A stretch of DNA of 64,000 nucleotides from Eledone cirrhosa (taxonomy: Eukaryota), in assembly GCA_964016885.1 (NCBI GenBank), contig OZ024753.1:39928001-39992000 (forward strand). Direction: 5' to 3'. Under the pieces are notes generated by a model, which was given only the letters and a program-made list of their open reading frames with translations, was not told the DNA's origin and did no database searches. A program made the translations under genes and the position numbers. Shown one piece after another: positions 30,693-44,319 of this stretch (its first letter is position 1; every line of letters begins with the position of its first letter).

Positions 30693-31097
30693 CTACGTGT
30701 ATAATAATAATAATAACTATAACGATCAGTATTTTGCTGGAAGGTTGATAGGAATATTCAATGTAAAACAATATCAAAATGCACCAATAATGTTATTGAA
30801 TTAACATTGTGTGTATTTTATGATGACTAGTATTATGTAACGACTAACTGCAAAAGCATCTGGAGTGGTACCCTAACGACTAGCTGCACTTGTAGTAGGA
30901 ATATGAGGAGGATGGTGACGATGAGGTGGAGAAGGGGAGGAGGAAGATGAACTTTATGATAATAATTCAATATTCAGATAACAATGTGAAACCAAATAAA
31001 ATTATGTAATCAACAGAATAGAGTTAGTTATCAAATATCTTCCCAATGTAACAAACATTATCACAATACGTTGCCAGTATTTTCTCTTAACTAACGA

Positions 31098-31133
<36 letters not shown>

Positions 31134-31522
31134 ATGTATATGTGTCAACACTCCCCGACCGACGAGATCACCCACCCACTTTTGGGTGGGTGAGAGATGT
31201 CTTCTCTTGTGAAAATGGGTATAGCTTTCATTATGTAAAATCTCCCCATTTTTGCCTCATTTCTCCCCGTTTTGGGGCACCTTTTTTCATGGTACTCCCC
31301 GTTTGGGTTTTTCGAATTTGGCAGGTCTGATATATATATATATATAAAGAATTAGTATATCTACCAACATATGTATACAGATGTATACCTATGCTAGCAA
31401 ATATATATGTTATGTCTTAGTAACTTTGTGGTTCTATGCAAGGGGATGCAGAACAATTATATGAAAGACGTAAAATAAGAACATTTTTAAAAATTAACTT
31501 ACTTACTATATATATATATACT

Positions 31523-31574
<52 letters not shown>

Positions 31575-32366
31575 ATTCAATAACACTGAAAATTAGATTG
31601 ATATACATTCAACGCTAAGATTTAGGGAGTTATTGCTCTAGTATTCTCGTGGAAACGAAAGTGTAAAAGGAGGAATGAAATTGTCAGGGAAAGAAAGAAA
31701 CCGAGGCTGGTGTGACAAAATGCATAAAAGAAATAAAAGATGAAATTGAGGTGAATGTTGCAGAAGATTCCGCAAAAGCATCTAGAGATTTAGCTTAACA
31801 TACTGTGTGTCAAAGTTGACCCTTTGAATGACAGGTACAGTCCATCATATAAACTTTTAAACACGATTTTCCTCTGCTCTGTTTAAATAACAAATAAGTC
31901 TTGGTTTGGGTGAGAGGAAACCCGGAACCTTATGATTGCAATGTGAACTTCTTCACCCTCTTGTCACTTTAAGTCCACGAAATCAAAGATAAAATTTCGG
32001 GTAAAATATAAAAAAAATAGAAATAAAATAACAAAAGAAAGTAAAAATAAAACTGCAATATAATAAGTACACGATTTCACGAGAGATTTTAATCCCAAAT
32101 TCCATCCCAATGTCTTTATTAAATCCACTATCTGTTTGCACGAAACATTCTATTTGAGCTACCTTCGTTGTAAACAACATTCAAGTGTTCTATAAATAGA
32201 AAAAAATGATTGATTTTCTGCTACTTACTCTTATTACATATTATTTTTATCCCTTCCCTACCCTTTCCTTCGTTGTAGTAATCTTACAGGTATCAGTTGT
32301 CAGTTATATAATACAAAGTAAAGTAAAGGGTGGTAATCTTTTACCGTTAAAATAGAACATACTTCA

Positions 32367-32424
<58 letters not shown>

Positions 32425-32474
32425 CATATATATATATATATATATATATAGAAGTAGTTCCACAATAGTTAGTT

Positions 32475-32505
<31 letters not shown>

Positions 32506-32699
32506 CTACTTATTTATTTGCCAGAATAATCTTATCATATTTTCTACAAACTTAATTCAATCCACTTCAATATGTTCTTCCAATCGAATCGAATTCGTTC
32601 AATATAATCAATCCCAATCCAATAAAATCCAATTTTCTTCAATTCAATTCACTCATTCTACTCTCATCGAAATACAAATTATAAACTAAAAACTGTATT

Positions 32700-32960
32700 A
32701 TATGATGGTGATGATGATGATGATGATGGTGGTCTTGGTGGTGGGGTTGGTGATGGTGGTGATGATGATGATGGTCGTGGTCTTGGTGGTGGGGTTGGTG
32801 ATGGTGGTGGTGATGATGATGGTCGTGGTGGTGATGGTGATGATGATGGTGGTGGGGTTGGTGGTGGTGATGATGATGGTGGTGGTGATGTTGATGATGA
32901 TTGTGGTGGTGGTGGTGGTGGTTAGATTGATGATGGTGGTGGTGCTGATGATGATCTATA
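32700..32960. repeat. (GAT/GGT)n triplet repeat
   Basis: Direct reading. Confidence 0.9.
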
Positions 32961-32986
32961 TATTGATGATTATTATTTGTCATATA

Positions 32987-33178
32987 GGGCGGTGGATTGG
33001 CAGTATCGGTAGAGGGTCGGACGCCATGCTTTGACGCATAGAGTTACGGCCCTTGCCATTCTGAGTTCAAATCCCGCCGAGGTTAACTTTGCCTTTCATC
33101 CTTATGGGGTCGATAAAATAAAGTACCAGTAATACACTGGGTAATTGCTGGCCTTGTGCCAAAAGTAGAAACAATTAT
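32987..33178 (+). mobile_element. SINE, full length with TSD
   Basis: Consensus match; attatttgtcatatag duplicated on both sides. Confidence 0.9.
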
Positions 33179-33596
33179 TTGTCATATAGTTCGATCGGAC
33201 CTTTCTTCTTCTTTTTACGGCCATTTGTGCCGCGGTTAGCTTTGCCTTTCAAACTTACAGGGGGGGGGGGCTATAAAATAAAGTACCAGTAATGCACTGT
33301 GAATCATTTAATCGTCTTTCCTGTCTCACCAAAATTGTTGACGTTATGCCTAACTCAGAAACCATTATTACTTGACTTTGGTAGTGATTCAATTCCGTTA
33401 CTTCCCAATATTTTCCTTTGATCTTGTTTCAATGTCAAACTCCAAACGTCACCTTAATAGCTTCTAAAACAGTCACACCAACCAGAAGACCATTTGTCCA
33501 GACATTTATTTTAACAGCGTCATATTTTTAATTGAGGCTTTTGTGTTTTCTTTTTATTCGTTTGTAAATAATTTTATAATTAATTATATAATATAA

Positions 33597-33897
33597 ATAA
33601 TTGTTTCTACTTTAGGCACAAGGCTTGCAATTTGAAGGGGAGGAGGAAGTCGATTAAATCGACCCCACTGCATTGCTGGTGCTTTATTTCATCGATCCCA
33701 GTGCATTACTGGTGCTTTATTTTATCGACCCCAGCGCATTACTGGTACTTTATTTTATCGACCCCAGCGCATTACTGGTACTTTATTTTATCGACCCCAT
33801 CGCACTACTGGTGCTTTATTTTATAGATCCCAGCGCATTCCTGGTGCTTTTTTTTATCGACCCTTTAAGGATGAAAGGCAAAGCTAACTTCGGCGGG
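33597..33897 (-). mobile_element. SINE 3' part with internal 33-bp tandem expansion (about 6 units)
   Basis: gaccccagcgcattactggtactttattttatc repeated from 33661. Confidence 0.85.
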
Positions 33898-34560
33898 AAG
33901 GTGTAGGGAAGGGCAGATCTGGTTGTATCAGAAAGTAAAGGAAAAGACTATAAATGCCATAAAGGAGAAGAAAAGGGGGGAAAGATCAAGGACACGGAAG
34001 AAAGAGAAGGAGACGAGGAGAGGATATTGAAATTTTCTGGTTTTGAATAGAATGTTTTTTGTTTAAGTTCGACATTTTCTCCTTTTGTTCTCTATTTTAG
34101 TAATAGTTATTTGCTGCAGAAAGATATCAATTAATTATTCAAAAACTGATGCTTTTCAGCAAGAAAATATGATAAAATAACACTTCACTTATTTTCAGCT
34201 ATATAAATGCTTCCATATTGGATCGTTATTTTGTCTTTATTTAGTCGTTTGTTTGGACTAAATCTGGTAAATATCGATTGCTATTAACAGAGTTCTTGCC
34301 TAAGATTATGTAACTGCTTGCTTTTACTCATCATCACCGCCCTCCTCGTTATTGTAGTGGCTGTTACGGTTCTTGATCAAAGTATTTTCCAGTCTTAACA
34401 ATTCCATTTTTGTTTTACCCACACGCACACACACATATACACATATACATAGTCTAGTTTGTATGGTTATTTAAAAATTGGTAATAGTTTCTGGTAAAGA
34501 AGTTTGTTTCCTAATTTAGTATTTTTAAATATATATATATATATATAATATATATATATA

Positions 34561-34740
34561 TAACGAAGGAAATGTGGTAAGGAACCAGATGGACCATAAC
34601 GCACCAAAGTACTCAATACTTAGGGTAGTAGAGTGGGTAATAGGAACGAGTAGGACCCCGACGGTTGAGCTCAAGCCGTTTCGACGGCTAATTCGGGACG
34701 CTAATTCAGTCCAGAATTAGCCGTCGGGGTCCTACTCGTT

Positions 34741-34744
<4 letters not shown>
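34561..34744 (-). mobile_element. Family A foldback element with hammerhead 3' half
   Basis: Minus strand gaattagccgtc-GAAA-cggc-ttgagctca-accg-TC-ggggtcc; inverted arms taggaacgagtaggaccccgacgg / ccgtcggggtcctactcgttccta; flanked by (TA)n. Confidence 0.7.
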
Positions 34745-34779
<35 letters not shown>

Positions 34780-34811
34780 GGAATGAAGGAAAAACAAGGG
34801 GTTTTATGTAG

Positions 34812-34853
<42 letters not shown>

Positions 34854-34945
34854 ATAAGATAAGTTTATCCCGGGTTCAATCTGGGGTAACCACAGTAAGT
34901 AAGGTACTCAATACATAGCAGTGCATAAATATTTAATATAGAAAT

Positions 34946-34996
34946 GGCTTCTATAGGACTAGAACTGTTTCGTTCGGGAGAAATCATCAGGAAGCC
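34946..34996 (-). ncRNA. Type I hammerhead motif (family D)
   Basis: ggcttc-CTGATGA-tttctcccgaac-GAAA-cagttctagtccta-TA-gaagcc; perfect 6-bp stem I; C.A mismatch in stem III. Element spans about 34851-35018 between TA tracts. Confidence 0.7.
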
Positions 34997-35032
34997 CTGT
35001 ATAAGCTATTTCTATATTATATATATATATAT

Positions 35033-35232
35033 AAGTGGTTACACAACAGTTAGTTCACCATACCGAGAACAATTGTTTCACCTTAGCGGATCCTGAGCTC
35101 GTAATCTTAAGATTACGAGCTGAGGATCCGCTAAGCTGAAACAATTGTTCTCGGTATGGTGAACTAACTGTTGTGTAACCACTTCTACCTAATTCGTCCC
35201 ATGTACTGAGTGCTCTACCACTAGTGTTCTAC

Positions 35233-35236
<4 letters not shown>
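35033..35236 (+). mobile_element. Family E element: 152-bp near-perfect palindrome (35033-35184) plus unique tail
   Basis: Centre tcttaaga at 35105-35112; arms differ at two positions; flanked by (TA)n. Confidence 0.85.
35116..35153 (+). ncRNA. Minimal hammerhead motif (family E)
   Basis: cgag-CTGAGGA-tccgctaagct-GAAA-caattg-TT-ctcg; palindromic stem III, weak stem II; the mirror arm has CTCAGGA and tccgctaaggt. Confidence 0.6.
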
Positions 35237-35288
<52 letters not shown>

Positions 35289-35705
35289 TAAATCATGTCT
35301 TTAGAATTATTAGATAAAATATATACCATTTCCTCTCCCAATCAGCATAATTAACCATATAAAAAATCAATTAGCCCAAGCTATAAGAATAAAGGTTCTT
35401 ATGAAGAAATCTCCGACAAATAACCGAAAGTGGCCTCTTCGCGGTGGCCCCAATAGAGTATTTATCCAACATTTCGACAACATGTAGAAACTGACTAATA
35501 ATAATTCTAAAGACATGATTTATGATATATTGCTCTGATTATTTAATTTATTAATTCTTGATAGAGCCACAAAGTGACCGGTTGCAACATATATATCTAT
35601 AACTTTATGTATATGTAAACCTTTATATATATACACTCTCCTGAGCGTGAATTTAATAAACATTTATTGTACTGCCTCTCTGTTCTGTCCCTGTTCAAAT
35701 TTTTC

Positions 35706-35755
<50 letters not shown>

Positions 35756-35800
35756 ATATATGTGTGTGTGTGTAAACAGATAAAAGTGTTATATATACTT

Positions 35801-35982
35801 ATTTCTACTTTAGGCAGAAGGCCAGCAAATACCCAGTGCATTACTGGTACTTTATTTTATCGACCCCGTAAGGATGAAAGGCAAAGTCAACCTCGGCGGG
35901 ATTTGAACTCAGATCGTAAAGGGACGTAACTATGCTGGAAAGCATAGCGTCCGACCTTCTACCGATACTGCCAACCCACAGC
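35801..35982 (-). mobile_element. SINE, full length
   Basis: Consensus match. Confidence 0.88.
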
Positions 35983-36217
35983 CCTTATATATACTGTTAA
36001 TACATAATTAACCGAATATCCTCCCAGTTTTGTACGGTGATATGTACTTTGAGAGATATTTCGGTGTTATCTTTGGCAGGTTGTACGATCGCGTAACGGC
36101 TTACCAGTTAACCTGGTGTTGCTGTAGTTGTGATTTGTGTAGGTGTTTTGTATGATATATGTGTGTCTGTGTGTGAATGTACGTGTCCGTATTTGGGTTG
36201 ACCTGAGGCTACCAAGG

Positions 36218-37745
36218 TTGATGGATTAGCAGTATCAGTAGAGCGTCGGATAATATGATTTGCAGCATATAGTTACGACTCTTTAGGTTCTGAGTTCAAA
36301 TCCTGCCGAGGTTAGCTTTGCCTTTCATCCTTCCGAGGGTGGGTGGTCGATAAAACAACAACAACCACCACAACAATACATCAATATTCCACTGGTTGTT
36401 ATATTTGTCATCCTCGGGTACATTGTAACATATTGATATATCTTTTTGTCTGTCCAATTGATATTTATAGTTCTACGTAGAAAGAATCGCTTTTGTTTAA
36501 TGTTCAGTGGTTTGAACATGCGATTATAACTGAGGATATTGATTAATATTTTTTACTGAAATATGATTATTTTAGATATTTTTGCCATAAGCTTCCGCCC
36601 CGGTTATTCTACCAAACCCCCGGAGCTATTTGCGGTGATTACTGTAGTTTATTTCCGGATTAATGTTTGTTCACAGTTATTTTTTTCTTCTTTTGTTTTT
36701 AGTATATTTTTTTTTCTGTGTTTATTTATACCTAGCTACCTACCTCGCCGTTTCCTGCAACCTCCAATACGTTGTTTCCTGCCCCCTTCAATACAACATG
36801 TCGTCAAGAGCACCTTTGATGTTATCCTTAATCCGCTTAATTCAAACTTTTTTATTTAGTTCTTTCCCCAATTTTAAATGCCAATTTCCTCTGTAGCACA
36901 TTCACTGAAATATCAAGTGCTGGGGTGGATATGATCGATTTTCACACCCACACAAATTTTTGGCCTTCTGCTTAAATTATAAACCACCACCACCACCATC
37001 ATCAACAACATTATAATTGGTAGTATCGGTGGAGGGTCGGACACATGCTTTGCAGCACAGGGTTACGTCCCTTTATGGTCTGAGTTCAAATCCCGCCGAG
37101 GTTAACTTTGCCTTTCATCCTGACAGGGTCGATAAAATGAAGTACCAGTAATGCACTGGGGTAATTATTGGCCTTGTGCCAAAAGTAGAAACAATTATCA
37201 TTATTATAAATCCACGGGCGGTGGATTGGCAGTATCGGTAGAGAGTCGGACGCCATGTTTTCCAGCATAGTTACGTCCCTTTACGGTCTGAGTTCAAATC
37301 CCGCCGAGGTTTACTTTGCCTTTCATCCTTACGGGGTCGATAAAATAAAGTACCAGTAATGCACTGGGTAATTGCTGGCCTTGTGCCTAAAGTAGAAACA
37401 ATTATTATAAAGAAACCATTCTTGCTTTATGTTCATACGAGTTATCACCAAGTCATACCAGTGACCTCAAGAGACGACAAGGTCGGCCATGGTTAAGAAA
37501 GAACACATACACACATACATGTATCTTTACGTGTTTAGACCTGTGATGTATTTATATTGACAGAATCTTCCTTAGTGTATGGTCAGTTCCCATTAGTATT
37601 ATTGTTATTATTATTATTATTATCATTATTATTATTATTATTATTTTGTGGCATATAGTAACGTCCCTTTACGTTCTGAATTCATATACCGCCGAGGTTA
37701 GATTTGTCTTTCATCCTTACGGAGTAATTAAAATAAAGCACTCGT
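36218..37745 (+). mobile_element. SINE copies (36218-36352 degenerate; 37016-37197 and 37216-37406 tandem; 37650-37745 degenerate)
   Basis: Consensus matches. Confidence 0.8.
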
Positions 37746-39029
37746 AAGACTAGGCAAGCTCTGAAGTCGTCATTTATATTTTTCTTCGAGGAGCAGAAAA
37801 TTGTAACCCGTCCAAAAGTTTACCTCTGAAAACATTCTGAAGATTTCAAAATAGCTAACTCACATATTGAAATTATAATGGTATTCACAAGACTTCCTAC
37901 AACGCATCATAGTTGCCCTACCATTTCTAAAAGTGAAGTAGGAGGCGACCAATTTAGTCCAATCATTCGTGTTCCTCCTCTTTTACTTAGTACATACAAT
38001 CTGTCTGTGTCACTCGTTGTTTGAAATACCCATATCTAGTCAATAGCTTTCTTGTCATTTGGTTTAAACTGTTTTACCGTCCACGTGATCACCACCGCTC
38101 TGTATCTCATGAGAGACACGGCCAATGTGTTGATAGCTTCAATCTTATTCCGTTAATTCAAAATTCGACTTGAAGATAAGATTCAGTCTACGCAATATTA
38201 AATTATTTAAAGGCGCAGTGTTTATGTTTGTACTTAAATCATGTCTGCTATATCAGATCTTCATTATGGCTAAACAATATCAACAGTAACTTTGAATCCA
38301 TATTTTCTTGTGTGTCTGTTTCCCTAACATTTACGACCTTCGTTTATACTTTGTCTTATGTTCTTTTCCAGCAATTACAAAAAAAAACAAACAAAACAAA
38401 ACAAAACAAAACAAAGCAACAAAACAAAATGAAAAACAAGACCTAAATCAAACAAATAATTTCTCTTATTTTCTATCGATATATATAACAGTAACTTATT
38501 GGATTCTGTCTATTTCTGCTCTGATAACGTTTCTTCTAATTGCATGACAGTACACCACTGAGGGACATTTGCTTAATGTTTTAAACATGCATTATATTTT
38601 ACTCAGGTTCATTGTTCTAGTCTCGCTATTTTTCTGAAATATTGCCTAAGCAATATTTTTTCTCACGCTAATTTTTGTTCGATTTCGTCTTTGTTATGTA
38701 CACATTTTAAAGAAAATCAATCTTTTAGAATGTACACGCAAACTTCCTTCACATTTCCCAATAATTTTTTCTTCGGTTTTTCTAATGGACAAATCCATTA
38801 TGTTTAAGATATTGTGTAGACATCTTCTTGTCACTTTTCTTAACGTAACCAATCCATCCAAATTCATCCATAATGCTTCCTGGATGTAACTCATTATGAA
38901 GAGTTAATAGTCCTTTTCGTTTATTACTTTTTATCGGTTTCGCATTTTAGTCCATCGAAAGAACATTGTAGAGCTTTTTAATATTACATTAGTACAGATT
39001 TCAACAAAGAACAGAATAGACACAGACTC

Positions 39030-40390
39030 TAGGGTGGGGTTGATCGATTATATCGACTACAGTGTTTAACTTGTGCTAAATAAATCTTTCTTTGGGGTAT
39101 GAAACGCAATGTCAACTTCAGTGCAGTTTCAATACAGAATGTAAAGTTTCATAATAAAATATTTTTTTACCGAATTTCCTAATACACTGCCACCATTTTT
39201 CTTTAGTATATTATTGACACAAAACTACACATTTTCAAAAATGGTGCAGAATTGGCAGAGTCGTTAGAGCGTCAGATAGAATGTTCTGTGGTGTTCGTTC
39301 TGGTTCTTTGTTCTCTGTTCAAATCCCGCCCATATCAACTTTGCCTTTCATAATTTCGAGATCGATAAAAAAAATGTGCCAAACATGTACTGAGTCGATT
39401 CGTCCCTTATATCTCTTTCTTACTTCTTATTTTGATTACTCTCTGGAAGAAATCTGTTGCATTCAGGCCTGGAGAGGAGCTGGATTCCACCTGTTTTTTT
39501 TTTTTTTAAAAAGGACCCTAGTAATGCCGTGTTAATATGACGACTCTACAACTTCATCAGGATTTACGGGCCCATACTATGTAATAAAATATCTATTTTT
39601 GGCGGGTAGGGGGATGTATAGTCGAATGAATCGACTTCCATATGTAGCTGCTATTGTATGTTATAGACTCTGGAGGGATTAACGGTAGTGTTGACTTTGG
39701 CAGGATTCGACCTCAGTGAATGGGCAATAACTAAACACAGCAAGCTACTTTGTTCAACACTCTCTCGTTTTTCGTTTTCTAATTCAGCAGCAATCACGCA
39801 TATTTCAGTAAGTTATAATCTGTTTTATCGATCTTGGTAAATTGGCAAGCAGTTATATTATTGACTCGAGAAGGAAGGTAATAGGTAAAATCGAACCCAG
39901 TCTGATTTGAAAACAAGATATAAAGGAATGTCATGACATACCGCAGTTTATCTGACCCCTCGCCCACATCACCAACACCGCACTGCATATACCAAAATTC
40001 CACCCAATTTTCTCTAAAAAAAATATTAATATGATATCGATTAGATGTTGATCCTATTAATAAACGTTGTTTAATTCATATATTTTTCTAATATATTCAT
40101 AATTTACCATTTAGATTCTCTCTAAACTGATATTTTATTTAGCTATGTGTTGGTAAATCATTATATCACATGGCAATATCAGTAGAGCATTGCTGTCCCC
40201 TTTTTTCCGTCTCCAAGGTTACTTCATCTGATCTAGGGTCGGACGTTATGCTTTGCAGCATAGTTAGGCCCCTGAGTTCAAATCCCGCCTAGGTTAACTT
40301 TGCCTTTCATCCTTACGGAGTCGATAAAATAAAGTACCAGTAATGCACTGGGATAATTGCTGGCCTTATGCCCAAAATAGAAACAATTAT
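39030..40390. mobile_element. Old degenerate SINE copies on both strands and a younger partial copy at 40235-40390
   Basis: gttcaaatcccgcc...ttgcctttca..tcgataaaa motifs. Confidence 0.6.
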
Positions 40391-40686
40391 TTTTTATCAA
40401 CTATTACTATATTTATCTGCAATGTGGCAACTAAATTTTCAAATTATGATAAATATAGTAAAGTAGGTGATAACATATGCAATATAGGTGAACCACGTAA
40501 TTTTAATTAATTAAAATTATAATCATAGTAATAAGAGAAAACATCATTATGTAAATTAATAATTCTTGTCAAGAAAATTAGAAGGAAAACAACTCCAGAA
40601 TGTAAATTAATTATAAATTCTATTTTTAATTAAAATTAATTAAAAATAGAATTCAGTGAAGAATGAGTCTGCTCTCCGGCAATAAT

Positions 40687-40869
40687 TGTTTCTACTTTTG
40701 GCACAAGGCCAGCAATTCACCAGTGTATTACTGGTACTTTATTTTATCGACCCCGTAAGGATGAAAGGCAAAGTTAACCTCGGCGGGATTTGAACTCAGA
40801 ATGGCAAGGGCCGTAACTCTATGCGTCAAAGCATGGCGTCCGACCCTCTACCGATACAGCCAATCCACC
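40687..40869 (-). mobile_element. Young SINE with 16-bp TSD
   Basis: gctctccggcaataat at 40671-40686 and 40870-40885. Confidence 0.92.
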
Positions 40870-41099
40870 GCTCTCCGGCAATAATGTGACAACTTCAGAT
40901 ATACTTCGATCATTGTATTTGTTTTTGGTTAAACTTAGTCCATATCTGATCCAACTAATCTACAATCAATGTTATTACAGCCACGATCACTTTGATCTTG
41001 CATATCTAAGACTATCTTATTTTAAATTCTCTTCTTTGATTTAGATTTGGCTGCTATTTCTAGGTCGAGTGATCACACGTCTAGTACTGGGGTCAATTT

Positions 41100-41131
<32 letters not shown>

Positions 41132-42555
41132 ATACACACCACACTTTCTATCCTTCTCCGGAAGAAATCTTCTGTATTCAGAACTGGAGAAGAGAAGGGC
41201 TCTGTCAGGTTTTTAAATGCCCTTGAAACACCATATATTAATATAGTGTCCCTTACGACTCCTTCAGGAGTTACGGAACAAAGAAAGAGAAGAGTATAGT
41301 GACCACATTTAACAATAATTCTTCCCTCTCTTACGACGATTGTTCAAATGTATTTATTGCATCAAAGAAATATGTAATCACTTTTCGATTTCTCATCCAG
41401 GAATAGTGTATTTCGGATGATGTTACATAAGATAGTAGAGAGTATGTCTAGCAGACAGAGCCATCATGTCATTGTTCCTTCGTTAGTTCGATGTTGTATT
41501 GTTGTAGGCACTAGTAGATAGAGATTATAATCAGATAACATCTTCCAAAATATTTCTAATATTTCTCGTTGACTTCCTTATTCCTGTCTCTATATAACTC
41601 AATTGTAAACTTCAGTGAAAAAGAAAAAAAAAAATTGTTATTTATTTTCGTTTTCTTATTCGTTTCTCTTACACAACTGATATTTCCTCCTATGTATTTA
41701 TGTAACTAAAGATAAGTTAAAACATTTTTGCATTGAAGGAAGGTTTCTCCGACTTCTCTCTATGGTAATCATAGCCTGTCTTTATCGGCTTTTGTGTCAT
41801 ATATTTTAAGTTCTGTATACAATTTTCTTGTCTTTGTCTTCAGCATGATCTTATTAATTTGTTCATCTTCCAGTTTATTGCATTAAAGCTTTATCATGTT
41901 GTGAGTATAGCTAATCTATTAATGCATCCCCCGTTTTTCCTTAGCAGTTAGTTTTGATCAAATTGTCAATGTGGCTATAGCATGTTTAATTTTATGTTTT
42001 GTCCTCCGTTCTTGACGGTTGCATTCCGTTTTCCTCATACAATCATATACAATTGTTGGTATTGTTTCATTATAGTTCTTGTTCGTTTTCCTTTATCCAA
42101 GTATATCTTATTGGTTATAGTAAGTAAGATACTTTCACATGTGGCATTTGCACATGTTTTCTCTGTATTTTATGATAAGATCTCTAGCTAGTTATTATAT
42201 TTCGCAAAACGTTTTGAAAATGTATAAGCAAAGGTTTATGCTGTTAATCCATAACATTTATACCTACATTCAATTTGATGCTGAAATACCCGAATTTTAC
42301 ACATCATACGATGAGTAATTTCTAGAGTGTATTTTGCTCAGGTAATGTTACATAGGTATAATAATTATAATTGAATTTTCCTCAAATTTCATGCTGTGTT
42401 TAAAATGGTGTTTATATAAAATAATGAAATCAACCTTAATTTTCAAAATGATATTTATTAAATTATTATCAAATTTAATAAGACATGTTCTTCCTGTGAA
42501 TATTTGCAATAAATGTTAACAACAAAAATATAACTATTTATCGTTCAAATAATTA

Positions 42556-42740
42556 GAGATAGGAAGAGGTTGTTAGAGCTGTCCTCAAATCACTGAAACT
42601 CACAGAGGAGATGATAAAGGATCGTGACGAGGGGAGGGATGCCGTGCTAAGAAGGGCCCGTCCAACCCATGCAAGCGTAAAAAGGTAGACGTAAAAATGA
42701 CGATGACGGCGACAACGATGATGACGATAATGATGATGGT
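42556..42740 (+). mobile_element. RTE LINE extreme 3' end with degenerate (GAT)n tail
   Basis: EEVVRAVLKSLKLTEEMIKDRDE; cgtccaacccatgcaagcgt matches the 3' end of the element at 54385-55235. Confidence 0.65.
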
Positions 42741-42872
42741 GGTGTTGGTTTTGGTGGTGATGATGATGATGAGACGACTTTAAAGATAGCACATAGAGTA
42801 ATTTCATATAAGGACATTTTTAACGTGACTAAAAACAACAACGAACAACGAGTATTATTAATATTACTATTG

Positions 42873-43258
42873 AGGTGCGGTGGATTGGCAATATCAGTAG
42901 AGGGTCGGACGCCATGCTTTGCAGCATAGTTACGGCCTTTTATGGTCTGAGACAAATCCCGCCGAGGTTAACTTTGCCTTTCATCCTTACGGGGTCGATA
43001 AAATAAAGTACCAGTAATGCACTGGGTAATTGCTGGCTTTGTGCCAAAAGTAAAAATAATTATAGGCGGTGGATTGGCAGTATCAGTAGAGGGTCGGACG
43101 CCATGCTTTGCAGCAAAGAGTTACAGCCTTTTATGGTCTGAGGTTAAACCCTGCCGAGGTTAACTTTGCCTTTCATCCCTACGGGGTCGATAAAATAAAG
43201 TACCAGTAATACACTGGGATAATTGCTGTCCTTGTGCCGATAGTAGAAACAATTATTA
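42873..43258 (+). mobile_element. Two tandem SINE copies
   Basis: Consensus matches at 42873-43060 and 43065-43258. Confidence 0.88.
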
Positions 43259-43894
43259 TTATTGATGCTGTTGCTAGGTTTAGGTGTGGTATGACAATCA
43301 GCTCTTAAAATTCGATTAATTTTTATTCCACTTGTCATATTTGTGTAAGTGTATGTATAGTGGTTATATTAACAGAGTTTGTGGAGTGACAGTCAACATA
43401 TAGTGTGTTATTCAGTTACGTCACATTATATTCTCGTTTATAACATCGGTATTTAAATTTATGAGAATGAATACAGCTGAAATGATCAGTCTAATTTGTA
43501 TAATATGCTTTCGTTTGACAACATAATTGATTAAATAATAAATATTTATGCTAGAACACAATTTATATTAGATTTATTGTAAATTAAATCTAGATATTAC
43601 TACAGTTTCTGAATTAGAAATCTCGCTCAAAATAGAATGAAGTGTACATATGTTCCATCATTCTTTTATACACAGCAGAAAAAAACAAAAACAGGTGTCT
43701 ACCTATATCTTTGTTTCCTAATAGAAGAAACAACCATTATTTATGTTCTTCCGTCTCGCCACTATTTTAATTTATGAAGATGTTTATAAAAAATCAAGAG
43801 ACACTATGAAAGGAAACAAAAAATGGAAATGAGAAGAAGGAAAACCAAAAAAAAACAAAACAAAAACAAAGAAGAATTAAGTAAGTTTTCCACA

Positions 43895-44318
43895 GCTCGT
43901 CTCCTTGACAAAGCAGGAAGTTAAAGACCGAGAGGGGAGGCATGCAAACGGGAATGTCTACAAGTGCTCACAGCCCTCAGCCAATCGAGCAGTACAATCG
44001 GTGGAAACTCCACCTTAGCATTCTATAGAGGGTAAGAGAGACGACGTCCGTGGGGAGAGTCTGGGCGTTGACAAAAATCAACTAGCTTCTCTTATCCACA
44101 GAACTTTCGGTCCAGGGCCCATGGACAATTTTCAGAAATCCTTGGCCTCACAGTGCTACCGAGGAGCTCTGCCAGTTGGAAGTAAACTCTACAGGCATGG
44201 AAGTGTCGTCAGCCGAGTCAGTTTGAGCTGCACGCATAGCGATGAAACCGTCCTGCTCGAACACATCGAGTGTCCGAGTATTGCTGACTTGTAGGTGTAC
44301 GTCGAGCACCTGCTGTCA
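43895..44318 (+). mobile_element. L1/Tx1-like LINE C-terminal zinc-finger (zf-RVT-like) remnant
   Basis: Translation from 44121: MDNFQKSLASQCYRGALPVGSKLYRHGSVVSRVSLSCTHSDETVLLEHIECPSIADL*VYVEHLLS, resembling the W...LP..L..CxxC..ET..H...C..W pattern in decayed form. Confidence 0.55.
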
Positions 44319-44319
44319 T

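Noticed and set aside
38694-38894. Minus-strand ORF with a FLYWCH/MULE-like flavour
   Set aside because: The motif is split across frames and too weak to call.
41200-42200. Possible highly decayed Penelope-type RT on the minus strand
   Set aside because: Only vague motif echoes across many stops and frameshifts; needs a translated HMM search.
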